Of a stretch of 32,000 nucleotides of DNA, positions 1 to 8,883 are shown in pieces. The stretch comes from Patescibacteria group bacterium (GTDB taxonomy: Bacteria; Patescibacteriota; UBA1384; XYA2-FULL-43-10), in contig JBAYVT010000001.1 in assembly GCA_041674405.1 (NCBI GenBank), positions 210,001 through 242,000 of the forward strand, in the 5' to 3' direction. Made by a program: the position numbers and the translations under genes. Numbering within the stretch: position 1 is the first letter of the stretch; each line of letters starts with the position of its first letter. The notes below the pieces were generated by a model that did no database searches, had not been told where the DNA came from, and worked only from the letters and a program-made list of their open reading frames with translations.

Positions 1-238
1 CTTCTAATTTTTCGAGCCGGTCATAGTAATCAGGATACTCATTAAGATGCGCCAAAGCGATTTTTCCGGTTACAAGAGAATCATCACTGGTTACATTCGT
101 GGCTTCATCGCGATTGCCATGTTCTAATTCAACACCCATCCCCTTGCGATACTGCTCAATATCAAAACGCGACCAATCGATGCCCAATCTTTCTCCAATT
201 TCTTTTGCCTCTTCCGCAGAAAATGATTCCTTTGGCAT
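1..238 (-). CDS. DUF5661-like small protein, 3' end truncated by window edge
   Basis: Minus-strand reading from CAT at 236-238 gives MPKESFSAEEAKEIGERLGIDWSRFDIEQYRKGMGVELEHGNRDEATNVTSDDSLVTGKIALAHLNEYPDYYDRLEKLE..., open to the left edge; resembles DUF5661 proteins from memory. Absent from supplied ORF track. Confidence 0.75.
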   Translation of the reverse strand, partial: MPKESFSAEEAKEIGERLGIDWSRFDIEQYRKGMGVELEHGNRDEATNVTSDDSLVTGKIALAHLNEYPDYYDRLEKLE

Positions 239-264
239 AATTTCTCCTTCATGGACTTTATAAA

Positions 265-840
265 CTATTTAAATAATATCATATGAAGATTTGACCAATT
301 TGAGACTATTAATGATATTAAAATAATATTGGCAACAGGAAAAATAATTAGATTTTCAAACCAATGCCCGGTTTCGATTCTGATTCCATCAAATGGCTTA
401 GGCGGAATGCCGAAAAAGCGTTTCCAAGGATAGAACAATGGGATTCCCTCAACCGTAAACATGTCGGCTAAAAGATGGGCCAGATAAGCAAGCCCAAAAG
501 CTATGATGACCGGAGCCGGTAAAACACCCCAATACAAGGGAAGCGAATTCAGCAGTAAAATTATCAAAATATTAAAGATTGCATAACCAAGAATTGAGTG
601 TGTGATATTACGATGTTTGATAAACGGATCAACTAGATGGCCAACCGCGTGCCCTGAACCAAATGGTAATTTATCCCAAATTTCCGAAGCCGGCTGGTCG
701 ATATCAGGCAAAAGCGCACCAAAATAAGAGAACAATAAAACCGCTGCAAATGTCGCCGGCATATAGCTAGCATCTTGCATTGCAATAAAGCTTCCCATTC
801 CTATTGTGATACCAATTGCTTTATGGGTTTTTCCGGTCAT
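265..840 (-). CDS. Membrane-bound metal-dependent hydrolase, YdjM/DUF457 family
   Basis: Protein MTGKTHKAIG...LLPDIDQPAS...HRNITHSILG...LAHLLADMFTVEGIPLFYP, with family His/Asp motifs and TM segments. Confidence 0.85.
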   Translation of the reverse strand: MTGKTHKAIGITIGMGSFIAMQDASYMPATFAAVLLFSYFGALLPDIDQPASEIWDKLPFGSGHAVGHLVDPFIKHRNITHSILGYAIFNILIILLLNSLPLYWGVLPAPVIIAFGLAYLAHLLADMFTVEGIPLFYPWKRFFGIPPKPFDGIRIETGHWFENLIIFPVANIILISLIVSNWSNLHMILFK

Positions 841-920
841 TTACATCCCAAATAAATAATATGGAAACAATCCAGCATTCCCGATAAAATAGATTATGAG
901 AAAATTATATCAAACCTTTT

Positions 921-1595
921 ATGAGACAGAAATTACTCCGAAAATATTCAATTATTATTATTGCGATAGCCGCCACGCTTTTAGCAATTTTGATCTACCT
1001 TGTGTACTATCATCCAATTTCACACATTGATATTGCCTTTTCCCGAGATTTGCAATCGGAAGGTGACACAGGTTTGAGCCGAACGCTTTTTTTTAGCATA
1101 TTTAGGTCCATCAGCTTTTTGGGGATACCAGTCGTTGCCGGAGTTATGATTGTGCTTTCTGCTCTCTTATTCTGGTTTTTCGGCTATTTCCGTGAATCAA
1201 TTTATATATTGATAACTGTTGTCGGTACTCCAATTGAAGAACTAGCAAAACTGATCATCGGCCGGCCGCGGCCTCCAGCTGATGTCGTCAAAATAATCGA
1301 CCAGCAATCCTCTCCGAGTTTCCCTAGTGGGCACGTAGTTTTCTTTACAATTTTTTTCGGATTTTTGATAGCTGCGATGATTATAAATAAAAAAATAAAA
1401 CTCTGGATTAGAGTTGCATTAGCATCAATTTCTACAATTTTGGTGGTTTTAGTTTCTTTTTCGCGGGTTTATCTCGGATCACATTGGATATCCGACGTTA
1501 TCGGAGGCTACCTTGTAGGAATAATCATACTTTGTATGATTTTGTATTTTTATCTAAAACCAATATTTAAAATATCTGACCGAATTAAAATTTAG
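921..1595 (+). CDS. PAP2-family phosphatase (lipid phosphatase-like)
   Basis: KLIIGRPRPP..., PSFPSGHV, SRVYLGSHWISDVIGGY match PAP2 motifs I-III; multiple TM segments. Confidence 0.92.
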   Translation: MRQKLLRKYSIIIIAIAATLLAILIYLVYYHPISHIDIAFSRDLQSEGDTGLSRTLFFSIFRSISFLGIPVVAGVMIVLSALLFWFFGYFRESIYILITVVGTPIEELAKLIIGRPRPPADVVKIIDQQSSPSFPSGHVVFFTIFFGFLIAAMIINKKIKLWIRVALASISTILVVLVSFSRVYLGSHWISDVIGGYLVGIIILCMILYFYLKPIFKISDRIKI

Positions 1596-2316
1596 CTAAA
1601 ATAAAAGCAGCCAGAAATCCTAAAACGGTAATTATTCCGATCGAAAATCCACCCTCCTCATATGCTTCCGGCATCATCGTGTCCGCTAACATGGCGAGAA
1701 TTGCACCGGCCGCAAACGCTTCGATAATACCAATGTTGTTCGGATCGATGTCGGTAAGAAATATGTAACTCAATATTGTTATCACTAGAGTTGTGATCGC
1801 TACGATCGCCCAGGTGGTGAATATTTTTTTGTTGGAATAGCCCTCTTTCTTAAGCCCAGTAATGGATGAAATTCCCTCCGGGAAGTTGGATATAACGATC
1901 GCCATTGCCATCAGGAAGCCCCTGCCATGCCCCGCAAACAAAGATATGCCGAGAGCTGCCGATTCGGGTATTCCATCCAGAATTGCCCCCAGAGTGATTG
2001 CGCGGCCATTGGTTATTGCACCAGTCTCGATCATTTTTCTTCGTTTGTGATTACGTCCTCCGTAAAAATGAAGTAAATAATCCCCAAGAACATATGCCAA
2101 GCCACCGATAAGAAAGCCGATGGTTACAGCATCAAAACCACCAAAAGAAAAGGCGTCTTCCATTAGCCCAAAGGTGAGGGCGCAAACCAAAACCCCGGCA
2201 CCAAATGCCATGAAACGAGCTATTACCCGTTGTGAGAAATTAAAATATATGCCGACAGCTGCCCCACCGACGAGTGCAAGTCCAGAAATTGCTCCATATA
2301 AAACTGCATATTCCAT
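1585..2316 (-). CDS. ZIP-family metal transporter
   Basis: LDGIPESAALGISL and ISNFPEGISS motifs in a multi-TM protein; convergent with the PAP2 gene and overlapping it by 11 nt. Confidence 0.88.
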   Translation of the reverse strand: MEYAVLYGAISGLALVGGAAVGIYFNFSQRVIARFMAFGAGVLVCALTFGLMEDAFSFGGFDAVTIGFLIGGLAYVLGDYLLHFYGGRNHKRRKMIETGAITNGRAITLGAILDGIPESAALGISLFAGHGRGFLMAMAIVISNFPEGISSITGLKKEGYSNKKIFTTWAIVAITTLVITILSYIFLTDIDPNNIGIIEAFAAGAILAMLADTMMPEAYEEGGFSIGIITVLGFLAAFILAKF

Positions 2317-2354
2317 AAAAATATTTTATCAAATTTAGCCATTAAAAAGAAACT

Positions 2355-2379
2355 CCCGCCCCCGGAAACCGGGGACGGG
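2355..2379 (-). terminator. Intrinsic terminator of the 76-aa GC-rich gene
   Basis: Minus strand cccgtccccgg-ttt-ccgggggcggg (one G.U pair) followed by agtttctttttaa. Confidence 0.75.
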
Positions 2380-2403
2380 TGACGAAATTCGCGGGGACTC
2401 GGC

Positions 2404-2634
2404 CTAGAGGCCGGCAATCCCATTCGCCATTGCTGGCGAGAGGATGGTGTTGCCAGAGGATGACGCTTCGACGGAAGTTCCGCCACGCCATCGCTCTCCG
2501 GCAATGTGTTGGCCAACCCACATCGCGTGGGCAGCCTGCTGCTGCGGAGTGGGAGGGGAGCAAACCACGGCTCCCTTCGACCTCTGTCGGCGGAAGTACT
2601 CCTCCGCCTCTTCCCAAGCAGGGAAAATCAACAT
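2404..2634 (-). CDS. Orphan 76-aa protein in GC-rich unit
   Basis: SD ctGGAGGTGGcat then ATG at 2634; MLIFPAWEEAEEYFRRQRSKGAVVCSPPTPQQQAAHAMWVGQHIAGERWRGGTSVEASSSGNTILSPAMANGIAGL. Same-strand promoter and terminator support this frame over the overlapping ORFs. Confidence 0.5.
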   Translation of the reverse strand: MLIFPAWEEAEEYFRRQRSKGAVVCSPPTPQQQAAHAMWVGQHIAGERWRGGTSVEASSSGNTILSPAMANGIAGL

Positions 2635-2670
2635 ATGCCACCTCCAGCGGAAGAGTAGTAACAAAAATAC

Positions 2671-2699
2671 TCTACAATATATATTGTGATTTGTCAATA
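2671..2699 (-). promoter_or_regulatory. Candidate sigma70-type promoter for 76-aa gene
   Basis: Minus strand TTGACA-17 nt-TAGAGT. Confidence 0.6.
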
Positions 2700-2863
2700 T
2701 TAAGGCAACAATATTTTTATTAATAATAAAGGCACAATAGAACGATAAAACAAAAAGTTATCCACAAAAATTGTAGAACGCAGGGATTAAACTACCACCA
2801 TCAATCAAAGAATAAATATTCCCTATTGCATAAAAATGAAGATATTAAACTGGAACTCGTTCG

Positions 2864-5800
2864 CTATGGATTTGTAACTGTGATAGGAGTAGTTGCAGAA
2901 GCAGTCACCCCAGCACTATCTTGGACTGTCACTTTGGCAGTATAGGTGCCGGCTGCAGTATATGTACAGACCCCGGATAGGGTTGGAGTGTCCTTAAGCA
3001 CTCTGACTGGAGTAGTGTTGCCAATCTTACAGTAGTAGGAGTAGGTCTTAGTGCCTGTGGCGCCACCGGTGACATTTGAGGTAAGGGCAACTGTTTGAGT
3101 ATTGTTTACAATCAAAGAGCTGGGAGTTGCATTGAGCGTTACGGCGAGAGATGCGGGAGGAGCAGCTGCTTGCGTTGTACAACGTATTGTCGTCGTCGCC
3201 ATTCTACCTGTAAGAATGTTGATTCCTGTTGGACGAGAGTTGACACACAATTTTCCAGTACCTCGCTGCCGAATTGAACTAATTAACTGGCTACCAGATG
3301 GGATATTTCGAATTATGAAGTAGCCTTGACCGTTTGTGATTGCGGCTTTCGGACCAATTTGGATGACGTAATTGGCGAGAATTGTTGAATCACTGGCGCT
3401 ACGCAGCGTCCCCTGGACCGATCCTAAATTTGTGATGTGTAGGGCTGCTAAAGCACTATCTGCCCAATTATTTAAGGTTTGAATGGCGGAAACTACGGTC
3501 GCCCGTACTGAGCTTATTACGGGAGCTAGAATTCTTTGATACTGAATACTTACTTTTTGAGATAACGGCAGTTTGTCGTAAGTACTCTGGATCCAAGAAC
3601 CATTAGAAATCTGGGCGTAGGTATATGGGATGCCGGTGACGCTTCCGCCAACCGATTTGAACACCTGGCCATCATCCGGGTCAACCCTACCGACATTGTC
3701 AGCAAACCATTGCCACATATACTTCATAATATTTTGGCACGTACCAGTAGTATGGTCTCTAATAATCCCATGAAGCCGTCCGTGCTGCATGAAATAAGCC
3801 CAGTAAAAGCTTGCAAAGAATTCATTATCATTGTCCCACGGGTGTCCTCCTGTATCCCCAGGCATCAGCTCAACATTCGAATCCGTTATCGCTCCCATCA
3901 CACAACCTTTATCCGGTCCAGCCATAACCCGGTTGTAAAGATCGTTCCATGGTGCATATATACTTGGAGTTGAATTCCTAATTTTCTCATTAACAGCGTG
4001 GCCGTACTCATGGGCGATGGTAGCGCCAACATCAGCACCGGTCGGGTCTGAAGCCAGTGAAAAGTCTAAAAGCTCGGTAGAAAAAATGATCGGCTTCACG
4101 TCTTTGCCAATTTTAGCGCAATTCCACATGCCGTTCCACTGGTATCCTTCAATTTTTCCCATTGGCAGGAAGCCAATCACAACAGGGCGGACATCCTTAG
4201 ATTGTGACTTTAACCTACGGAGTGATTGTGCCGCTTCATCGAAAATTGAGCTATGCTGCCCATATATAGTCTTGGGCTTGAATATCATATAAATACCATC
4301 GCCGTAATCTTTTAATAAACTGTTGTCATCAGGGCTGCAAAGGTCTTCGACATCACCGAGACGAGTCCAGTTATCATAGCCTGGAGTAAATTCTACCGGC
4401 GGGGACTTGGCGTTGTGCTTATTTATTCCCACGCGGTATGTGCCAGCGCTTGTCGGAACAAATTTGGCTGTTTCTTCTCCAAAATCATTGACGGCCAGAA
4501 AAGCCTTGTCGGCTGTCTTTGACCACGATCCGTCGGCAGTTTTCTTTTCCAGATAAAGGTCAGTATAATCGCAATCCTTGAAGTAGTCGTAGTTATAGAC
4601 ATATATTCCCGCCTGAGCTTCCAGGGCGGGGGCCTTTTGAAGAGTTAGGACGATGACCTTTGGTTGTTGTGTTTCGACGTCTTTTTCGACCACGGCGGTT
4701 GTATGTAGGAGTTTATATCCCTGTTTCAACACCATGAGATCCAGCGGCTGTCCCTCGGCAAACCCTTGAGGCACAATCCCGGCAGGGGGAGAAATTGGCG
4801 TCCTGTTGGGCTGCAAATAGCTCGAATAACTCTCGTAAAGGCTAAAATCGTTTTTTAATTTTAAATCGAGACCAGAAGACGATGTTCCAATGTAAGCGGC
4901 ATCTGTGAATCCGAGATTGGAAAAATAGTAGTTGTTAAGCTTATTTACCACAGTGGCCCCCGCAATTCTTTTACCACTCTCGTCAATAACTTTAATCGGT
5001 ACGGGCGAAAACTCAGATTGGCCGGTGTCTAATAGCATCAATAGATTCCTGGCGGCAAAATCTTTCTGTTGATCGAGGGTCAGCGAAAAATAATTTTGCG
5101 GTATTGTGAAACTTTGGGTTTTGGAAGCGCCATTTTTTGTTGCTTTGGCAGTATAGGTTTTCCCTAATTCAAACGAAAAATTTGCCTTCCCTAACCAGTC
5201 GGTAATTTTTGTTTGAACGACACCTTGGCCGTTTAGCGTAACTTCGGCGTCACCGATGGCTTTAAGTGTTTTGGAGTCAGCCACCATAATCGAGGCCGGT
5301 AGACCTGATGTTATATATTTTTGCAAAGAAAGTGTAATAGAAATCTTGCCCGTAAGTCCTACATCAAGCGTGATACGGCTTGAAGAGTTTTGCAGATATC
5401 CAGTTTTGAAGGCATCAACAGTCAGGACACCGGTGACATTTGTAAAGGATGCATACCCAGAAGTGTCAGTATTTTTCGATATAGGATTTTCGTCAGAAAT
5501 ATTCCTTCGCACATTAACCTGAGCAGCGACGATTGGTTTACTATCTTGATCCAAAACCTGAACTTTTATTTCGCGATCAAGTGTCTGCGCCCTTTGCAAA
5601 TTTACAATAGTTTCGTCTCCTCGCGTGTTGGGATAGCCAATAAAATCGTAGTAACCCACCTTTGTGACCTTGATCATCGGTACTGGAGCACATCCGTGAA
5701 ACTTCCACGCCAAATAATCGAAAATATCCTGGCTGTAAAAGTACGCTTTTCCCTGGGGATCCGTTATCTTGGAGGGCACATTCAGGTAGCTACATCCACG

Positions 5801-7612
5801 ATCAAAGACGGTCACTTGAGCGCCGAGCACGGGGGAGGTTGGGTAAGTTCCGTCTTTCACTGCCACCTTGATGCCAAGATAATATATATCAAGCGATAGA
5901 TCAGGAAGAGTGATTACGCCGTTTATAATCTCCGACTTCCTGAAGATTCTAATAGAGTCAGTATTATTTAGAAATTTCAAATATCCCGGAATCGTATAGG
6001 TTACTTTGTAGCTATCGGAGCTAATGGGAATATCTGCAATCTTGTAATTCGCGCCGTTGTTTGCATCAATCGAAGCCGCTTGAGATGTTGTGTTAAAGTG
6101 CTTATCGGTGCCAGAAAGCTGGATATCAACTCCAATTCCGCTAATTAATTCTCCAGTACCTTTCATCACAACTCTGCCTTGTGCCTTAAAGGTATTGGGC
6201 TCTGTTGCGGCGGGATCCGCTACGACTTGAGCGACTGCGGTCGCTCCGAGAACATCCCTCTCAATAATAACTTTGGGCTTAAACGTACCGCTGTCCGTAT
6301 AGGTATGGCTGACCGTTTTGGTCAAATCCGTGACATTATCAAATTTAACCCCATATCTAGAATCAGCCGGATCACCGCAAACAGTAATAATACTGCTGAT
6401 AAAATTGCCCTGATTGTCACAATTCCACCAAAAAGTATAGTTCAAAGTCCCTGTAGCGGTCCCGGAAGCGGTTGCGGTCAATGTATCAGACAAAGGCGCC
6501 GTTCCTGAAGTTGGGGTGGCAGTCAATGTAGCATTGAGTGTGGGGGTTGTTGGATTTGGTGTTGGATCCGAGACCGTAACATTTACCGAACCAGAACCAG
6601 AACCGGCGGAGCTCGTGCAAGTCAGAGAATATATTGTGGTAGCCAAGGGAGAGATATTTGCACTGCCACTCAATGTATTATTCCACCACCCGCTTGGCGA
6701 TGCGGTACATAGACTGAGTGTTGCATTTGTTATTGTCCAAGTTAGTGATGTAGTTGTGCCCCTCTGCATCGTTACGGCGCTGGCACCGCCCGCTGTCTTA
6801 AGATTTACAATTGGCTTCGGAGAAGCCGTGCTTGCCATTATGAAATTTGCTTCCGAAGTAGCCCCGGAAGAAATAGTAACGGAACGGCTGGTGGGCTGAG
6901 AATTATATCCGGCCTTGTAGGCAGTCACAGTGTAATTACCGACAGGAATGTCTGAAATAGAATAATTGTAGAGCGTAGTACCGGAAGTAGTTGCAGTTTT
7001 GACGACAGTGGTTTGCAAGATATTTACCACATCGTTGGATCCCAGAACATTAATAGTTACACCATCCAGATTCTTTTGAACACCATCGACGTAAGATGTT
7101 ACTTGCCCATGCAATATTCCCATATTTGCGGAACAGGTAGCTGGGTCGACTTTTCCAACTTTAATAGTTGCGCTATTTCCGTATGTTCCCGGATCGTGCG
7201 TGCCCCAGGTGCCTTCCGGCGGTGGGCTATTATTCCATGCGCCGCTTTCATAGCCTAAAAAACCATAATTGGTCACTGACCAAACTCTCTGTCCTGACCA
7301 AGGATAATCGATAAGATTGATAGTGTGATTACTGTCCATTCGGTAATATACCCCCGGATTTCCTTCCGAGGTGTCGTTCGTCCCCGTATATGTATAATAC
7401 CCGTTAAATTCCGCTCTGCCGGCATTACATACTGTATATGTTTGTGGCCAAGCAGCTATTGTATCGGCCTTGATATGAAGAACATTAGCTAGCTTAGGAA
7501 AATATCCGAATTTGGCGGCTGCAATGGAGCCGGAAGCAAGAAGGACAAATACAAAAAGACCGGCGTAAAGTATTAGCTTGCGTTTTGAGATTTGTTTCAG
7601 GCGTTCGAACAT
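2864..7612 (-). CDS. Very large secreted/membrane-anchored protein with Ig/PKD-like and carboxypeptidase-regulatory-like repeats and a putative zinc metallopeptidase module
   Basis: 1582 aa; N-terminal hydrophobic segment LILYAGLFVFVLLASGSIAAA; repeated PKD/CNA-B-like stretches (LNATLTATPTSGTAPLSDTLTATASG, GKAYFYSQ, VEVVDSAG-type); HEYGH at 3998-4012 within GATIAHEYGHAVNEKI. Confidence 0.8.
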   Translation of the reverse strand: MFERLKQISKRKLILYAGLFVFVLLASGSIAAAKFGYFPKLANVLHIKADTIAAWPQTYTVCNAGRAEFNGYYTYTGTNDTSEGNPGVYYRMDSNHTINLIDYPWSGQRVWSVTNYGFLGYESGAWNNSPPPEGTWGTHDPGTYGNSATIKVGKVDPATCSANMGILHGQVTSYVDGVQKNLDGVTINVLGSNDVVNILQTTVVKTATTSGTTLYNYSISDIPVGNYTVTAYKAGYNSQPTSRSVTISSGATSEANFIMASTASPKPIVNLKTAGGASAVTMQRGTTTSLTWTITNATLSLCTASPSGWWNNTLSGSANISPLATTIYSLTCTSSAGSGSGSVNVTVSDPTPNPTTPTLNATLTATPTSGTAPLSDTLTATASGTATGTLNYTFWWNCDNQGNFISSIITVCGDPADSRYGVKFDNVTDLTKTVSHTYTDSGTFKPKVIIERDVLGATAVAQVVADPAATEPNTFKAQGRVVMKGTGELISGIGVDIQLSGTDKHFNTTSQAASIDANNGANYKIADIPISSDSYKVTYTIPGYLKFLNNTDSIRIFRKSEIINGVITLPDLSLDIYYLGIKVAVKDGTYPTSPVLGAQVTVFDRGCSYLNVPSKITDPQGKAYFYSQDIFDYLAWKFHGCAPVPMIKVTKVGYYDFIGYPNTRGDETIVNLQRAQTLDREIKVQVLDQDSKPIVAAQVNVRRNISDENPISKNTDTSGYASFTNVTGVLTVDAFKTGYLQNSSSRITLDVGLTGKISITLSLQKYITSGLPASIMVADSKTLKAIGDAEVTLNGQGVVQTKITDWLGKANFSFELGKTYTAKATKNGASKTQSFTIPQNYFSLTLDQQKDFAARNLLMLLDTGQSEFSPVPIKVIDESGKRIAGATVVNKLNNYYFSNLGFTDAAYIGTSSSGLDLKLKNDFSLYESYSSYLQPNRTPISPPAGIVPQGFAEGQPLDLMVLKQGYKLLHTTAVVEKDVETQQPKVIVLTLQKAPALEAQAGIYVYNYDYFKDCDYTDLYLEKKTADGSWSKTADKAFLAVNDFGEETAKFVPTSAGTYRVGINKHNAKSPPVEFTPGYDNWTRLGDVEDLCSPDDNSLLKDYGDGIYMIFKPKTIYGQHSSIFDEAAQSLRRLKSQSKDVRPVVIGFLPMGKIEGYQWNGMWNCAKIGKDVKPIIFSTELLDFSLASDPTGADVGATIAHEYGHAVNEKIRNSTPSIYAPWNDLYNRVMAGPDKGCVMGAITDSNVELMPGDTGGHPWDNDNEFFASFYWAYFMQHGRLHGIIRDHTTGTCQNIMKYMWQWFADNVGRVDPDDGQVFKSVGGSVTGIPYTYAQISNGSWIQSTYDKLPLSQKVSIQYQRILAPVISSVRATVVSAIQTLNNWADSALAALHITNLGSVQGTLRSASDSTILANYVIQIGPKAAITNGQGYFIIRNIPSGSQLISSIRQRGTGKLCVNSRPTGINILTGRMATTTIRCTTQAAAPPASLAVTLNATPSSLIVNNTQTVALTSNVTGGATGTKTYSYYCKIGNTTPVRVLKDTPTLSGVCTYTAAGTYTAKVTVQDSAGVTASATTPITVTNP

Positions 7613-7724
7613 ATCCCCTCAAACTTAAAATCAGCTGAACCGTGATTCTATATGTATTATTGTAAACCCGAAATTAATATTTTGGAATAGTGGAGTATAA
7701 TTTAAAAAATCAATTGGAGAAAAA

Positions 7725-8255
7725 ATGACCAGGGAAATTGTTTTCCGAAGATTGACCAAAAAGGAATCAGAAATACTAACAAACGAAGTTAGAAACACTC
7801 CGAATATTGTGGCAGTGCCGATCAATCGCTGGAGATCATTTGATAAGATGTTCGTATTTGAAGATGAAAAAGGGATAGGCGGTGTCTGCGCCTTGGATTA
7901 TTTTGGCAAAGATTGGGCGGAAATTGCCGACTTTATTGTTCTCCCCCGCCTTCGCGGCAAAGGAATTGGCAGAAAATTGTTCGATAAAGCGTTCGGGTAT
8001 TTAAAGATTCATCAGTATAATATTTATATTGTGAGCAGAAATCCGTTAGTGATTGGGATGATGGAAAAAGCCGTTTTTAATATATATCAAAACTTTTTCC
8101 AGATGCCATGGCCGGTGATCTGGCATTCGACCAAGAAAACGTTAAATCTGGCTGTAATGACCGAATTTGTACGGAAATTATTCGTTTTCAGGAAAAAAAC
8201 ATCCTTAGTATATGGAATATTAAGAAAGGAAGATTATGGGAAAAACTTGGACTGA
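7725..8255 (+). CDS. GNAT-family N-acetyltransferase-like protein
   Basis: IADFIVLPRLRGKGIGRKLFDKAF matches GNAT motif A (R/Q-x-x-G-x-G/A). Confidence 0.8.
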   Translation: MTREIVFRRLTKKESEILTNEVRNTPNIVAVPINRWRSFDKMFVFEDEKGIGGVCALDYFGKDWAEIADFIVLPRLRGKGIGRKLFDKAFGYLKIHQYNIYIVSRNPLVIGMMEKAVFNIYQNFFQMPWPVIWHSTKKTLNLAVMTEFVRKLFVFRKKTSLVYGILRKEDYGKNLD

Positions 8256-8694
8256 AAAATTGCATGATTCAAAAGACTTGCCAAAAACGGGAAAGCTGAA
8301 CAAAAATGCCCGGATCCATTGGCATGGCGATACGATGACGGTGCCAGCACCGCTCGAGGTTGATGAAATAATGAAAAAAGTGCCGAAGGGCAAGATCATT
8401 ACGATCAATGAAATCAGGCAGAAGATCGCAAAAAAGCATGGCTCAGATATCGCCTGTCCCCTAACATGCGGGATTTTTTCCTGGATTGCTGCCCACGCCG
8501 CTGAGGAACAACGCGAAGAGGGCAAAAAGAACATCACGCCGTGGTGGAGAACATTGAAATCCGACGGATCGCTCAATCCCAAATTCCCCGGTGAATGCGA
8601 TCTTCAGAAAAAGATCCTTGAGGACGAAGGTTTTACGATCAAGAAACGAGGTAAAAAGTATTTCGTCGAAGATTTTGAAAAATATTTGGCCTAA
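8236..8694 (+). CDS. MGMT/ATL-like (methylated-DNA-cysteine methyltransferase family) protein
   Basis: KGKIITINEIRQKIAKKHGSDIACPLTCGIFSWIAA...ITPWWRTLKSDGSLNPKFPG resembles MGMT-family winged-helix proteins; overlaps preceding GNAT ORF by 20 nt. Confidence 0.7.
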   Translation: MGKTWTEKLHDSKDLPKTGKLNKNARIHWHGDTMTVPAPLEVDEIMKKVPKGKIITINEIRQKIAKKHGSDIACPLTCGIFSWIAAHAAEEQREEGKKNITPWWRTLKSDGSLNPKFPGECDLQKKILEDEGFTIKKRGKKYFVEDFEKYLA

Positions 8695-8728
8695 ACCTTT
8701 CATCGCAACTAATTCCAATAATAGTCTC

Positions 8729-8764
8729 AAATGCTTTAATACGTGCAGTATAAAGCATTTTTAA
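8729..8764 (+). terminator. Intrinsic terminator after MGMT-like gene
   Basis: aaatgcttta-12 nt-taaagcattt followed by tt. Confidence 0.6.
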
Positions 8765-8790
8765 CAATTTGGGGCTAAAAATCAAGAACC

Positions 8791-8808
8791 CGCCGGGGAG
8801 GGCGGGAA
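8791..8808 (-). terminator. GC-rich hairpin terminator of pentein-like gene
   Basis: Minus strand cccgcc-ctcccc-ggcggg followed by ttcttgattttta. Confidence 0.65.
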
Positions 8809-8883
8809 CTTGGATACTTCTTCGGAGCGTGGAGCTCCAATTTGAGATTCGTGGAAAGAGGTACCCCGAAAAGCAGGATGGAC

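Noticed and set aside
2342-2723. Overlapping ORFs 2379..2723 (+), 2444..2689 (+) and 2342..2641 (-)
   Set aside because: They overlap the 2404..2634 minus frame, which alone has matching promoter, SD and terminator; others are products of GC-rich sequence having few stops.
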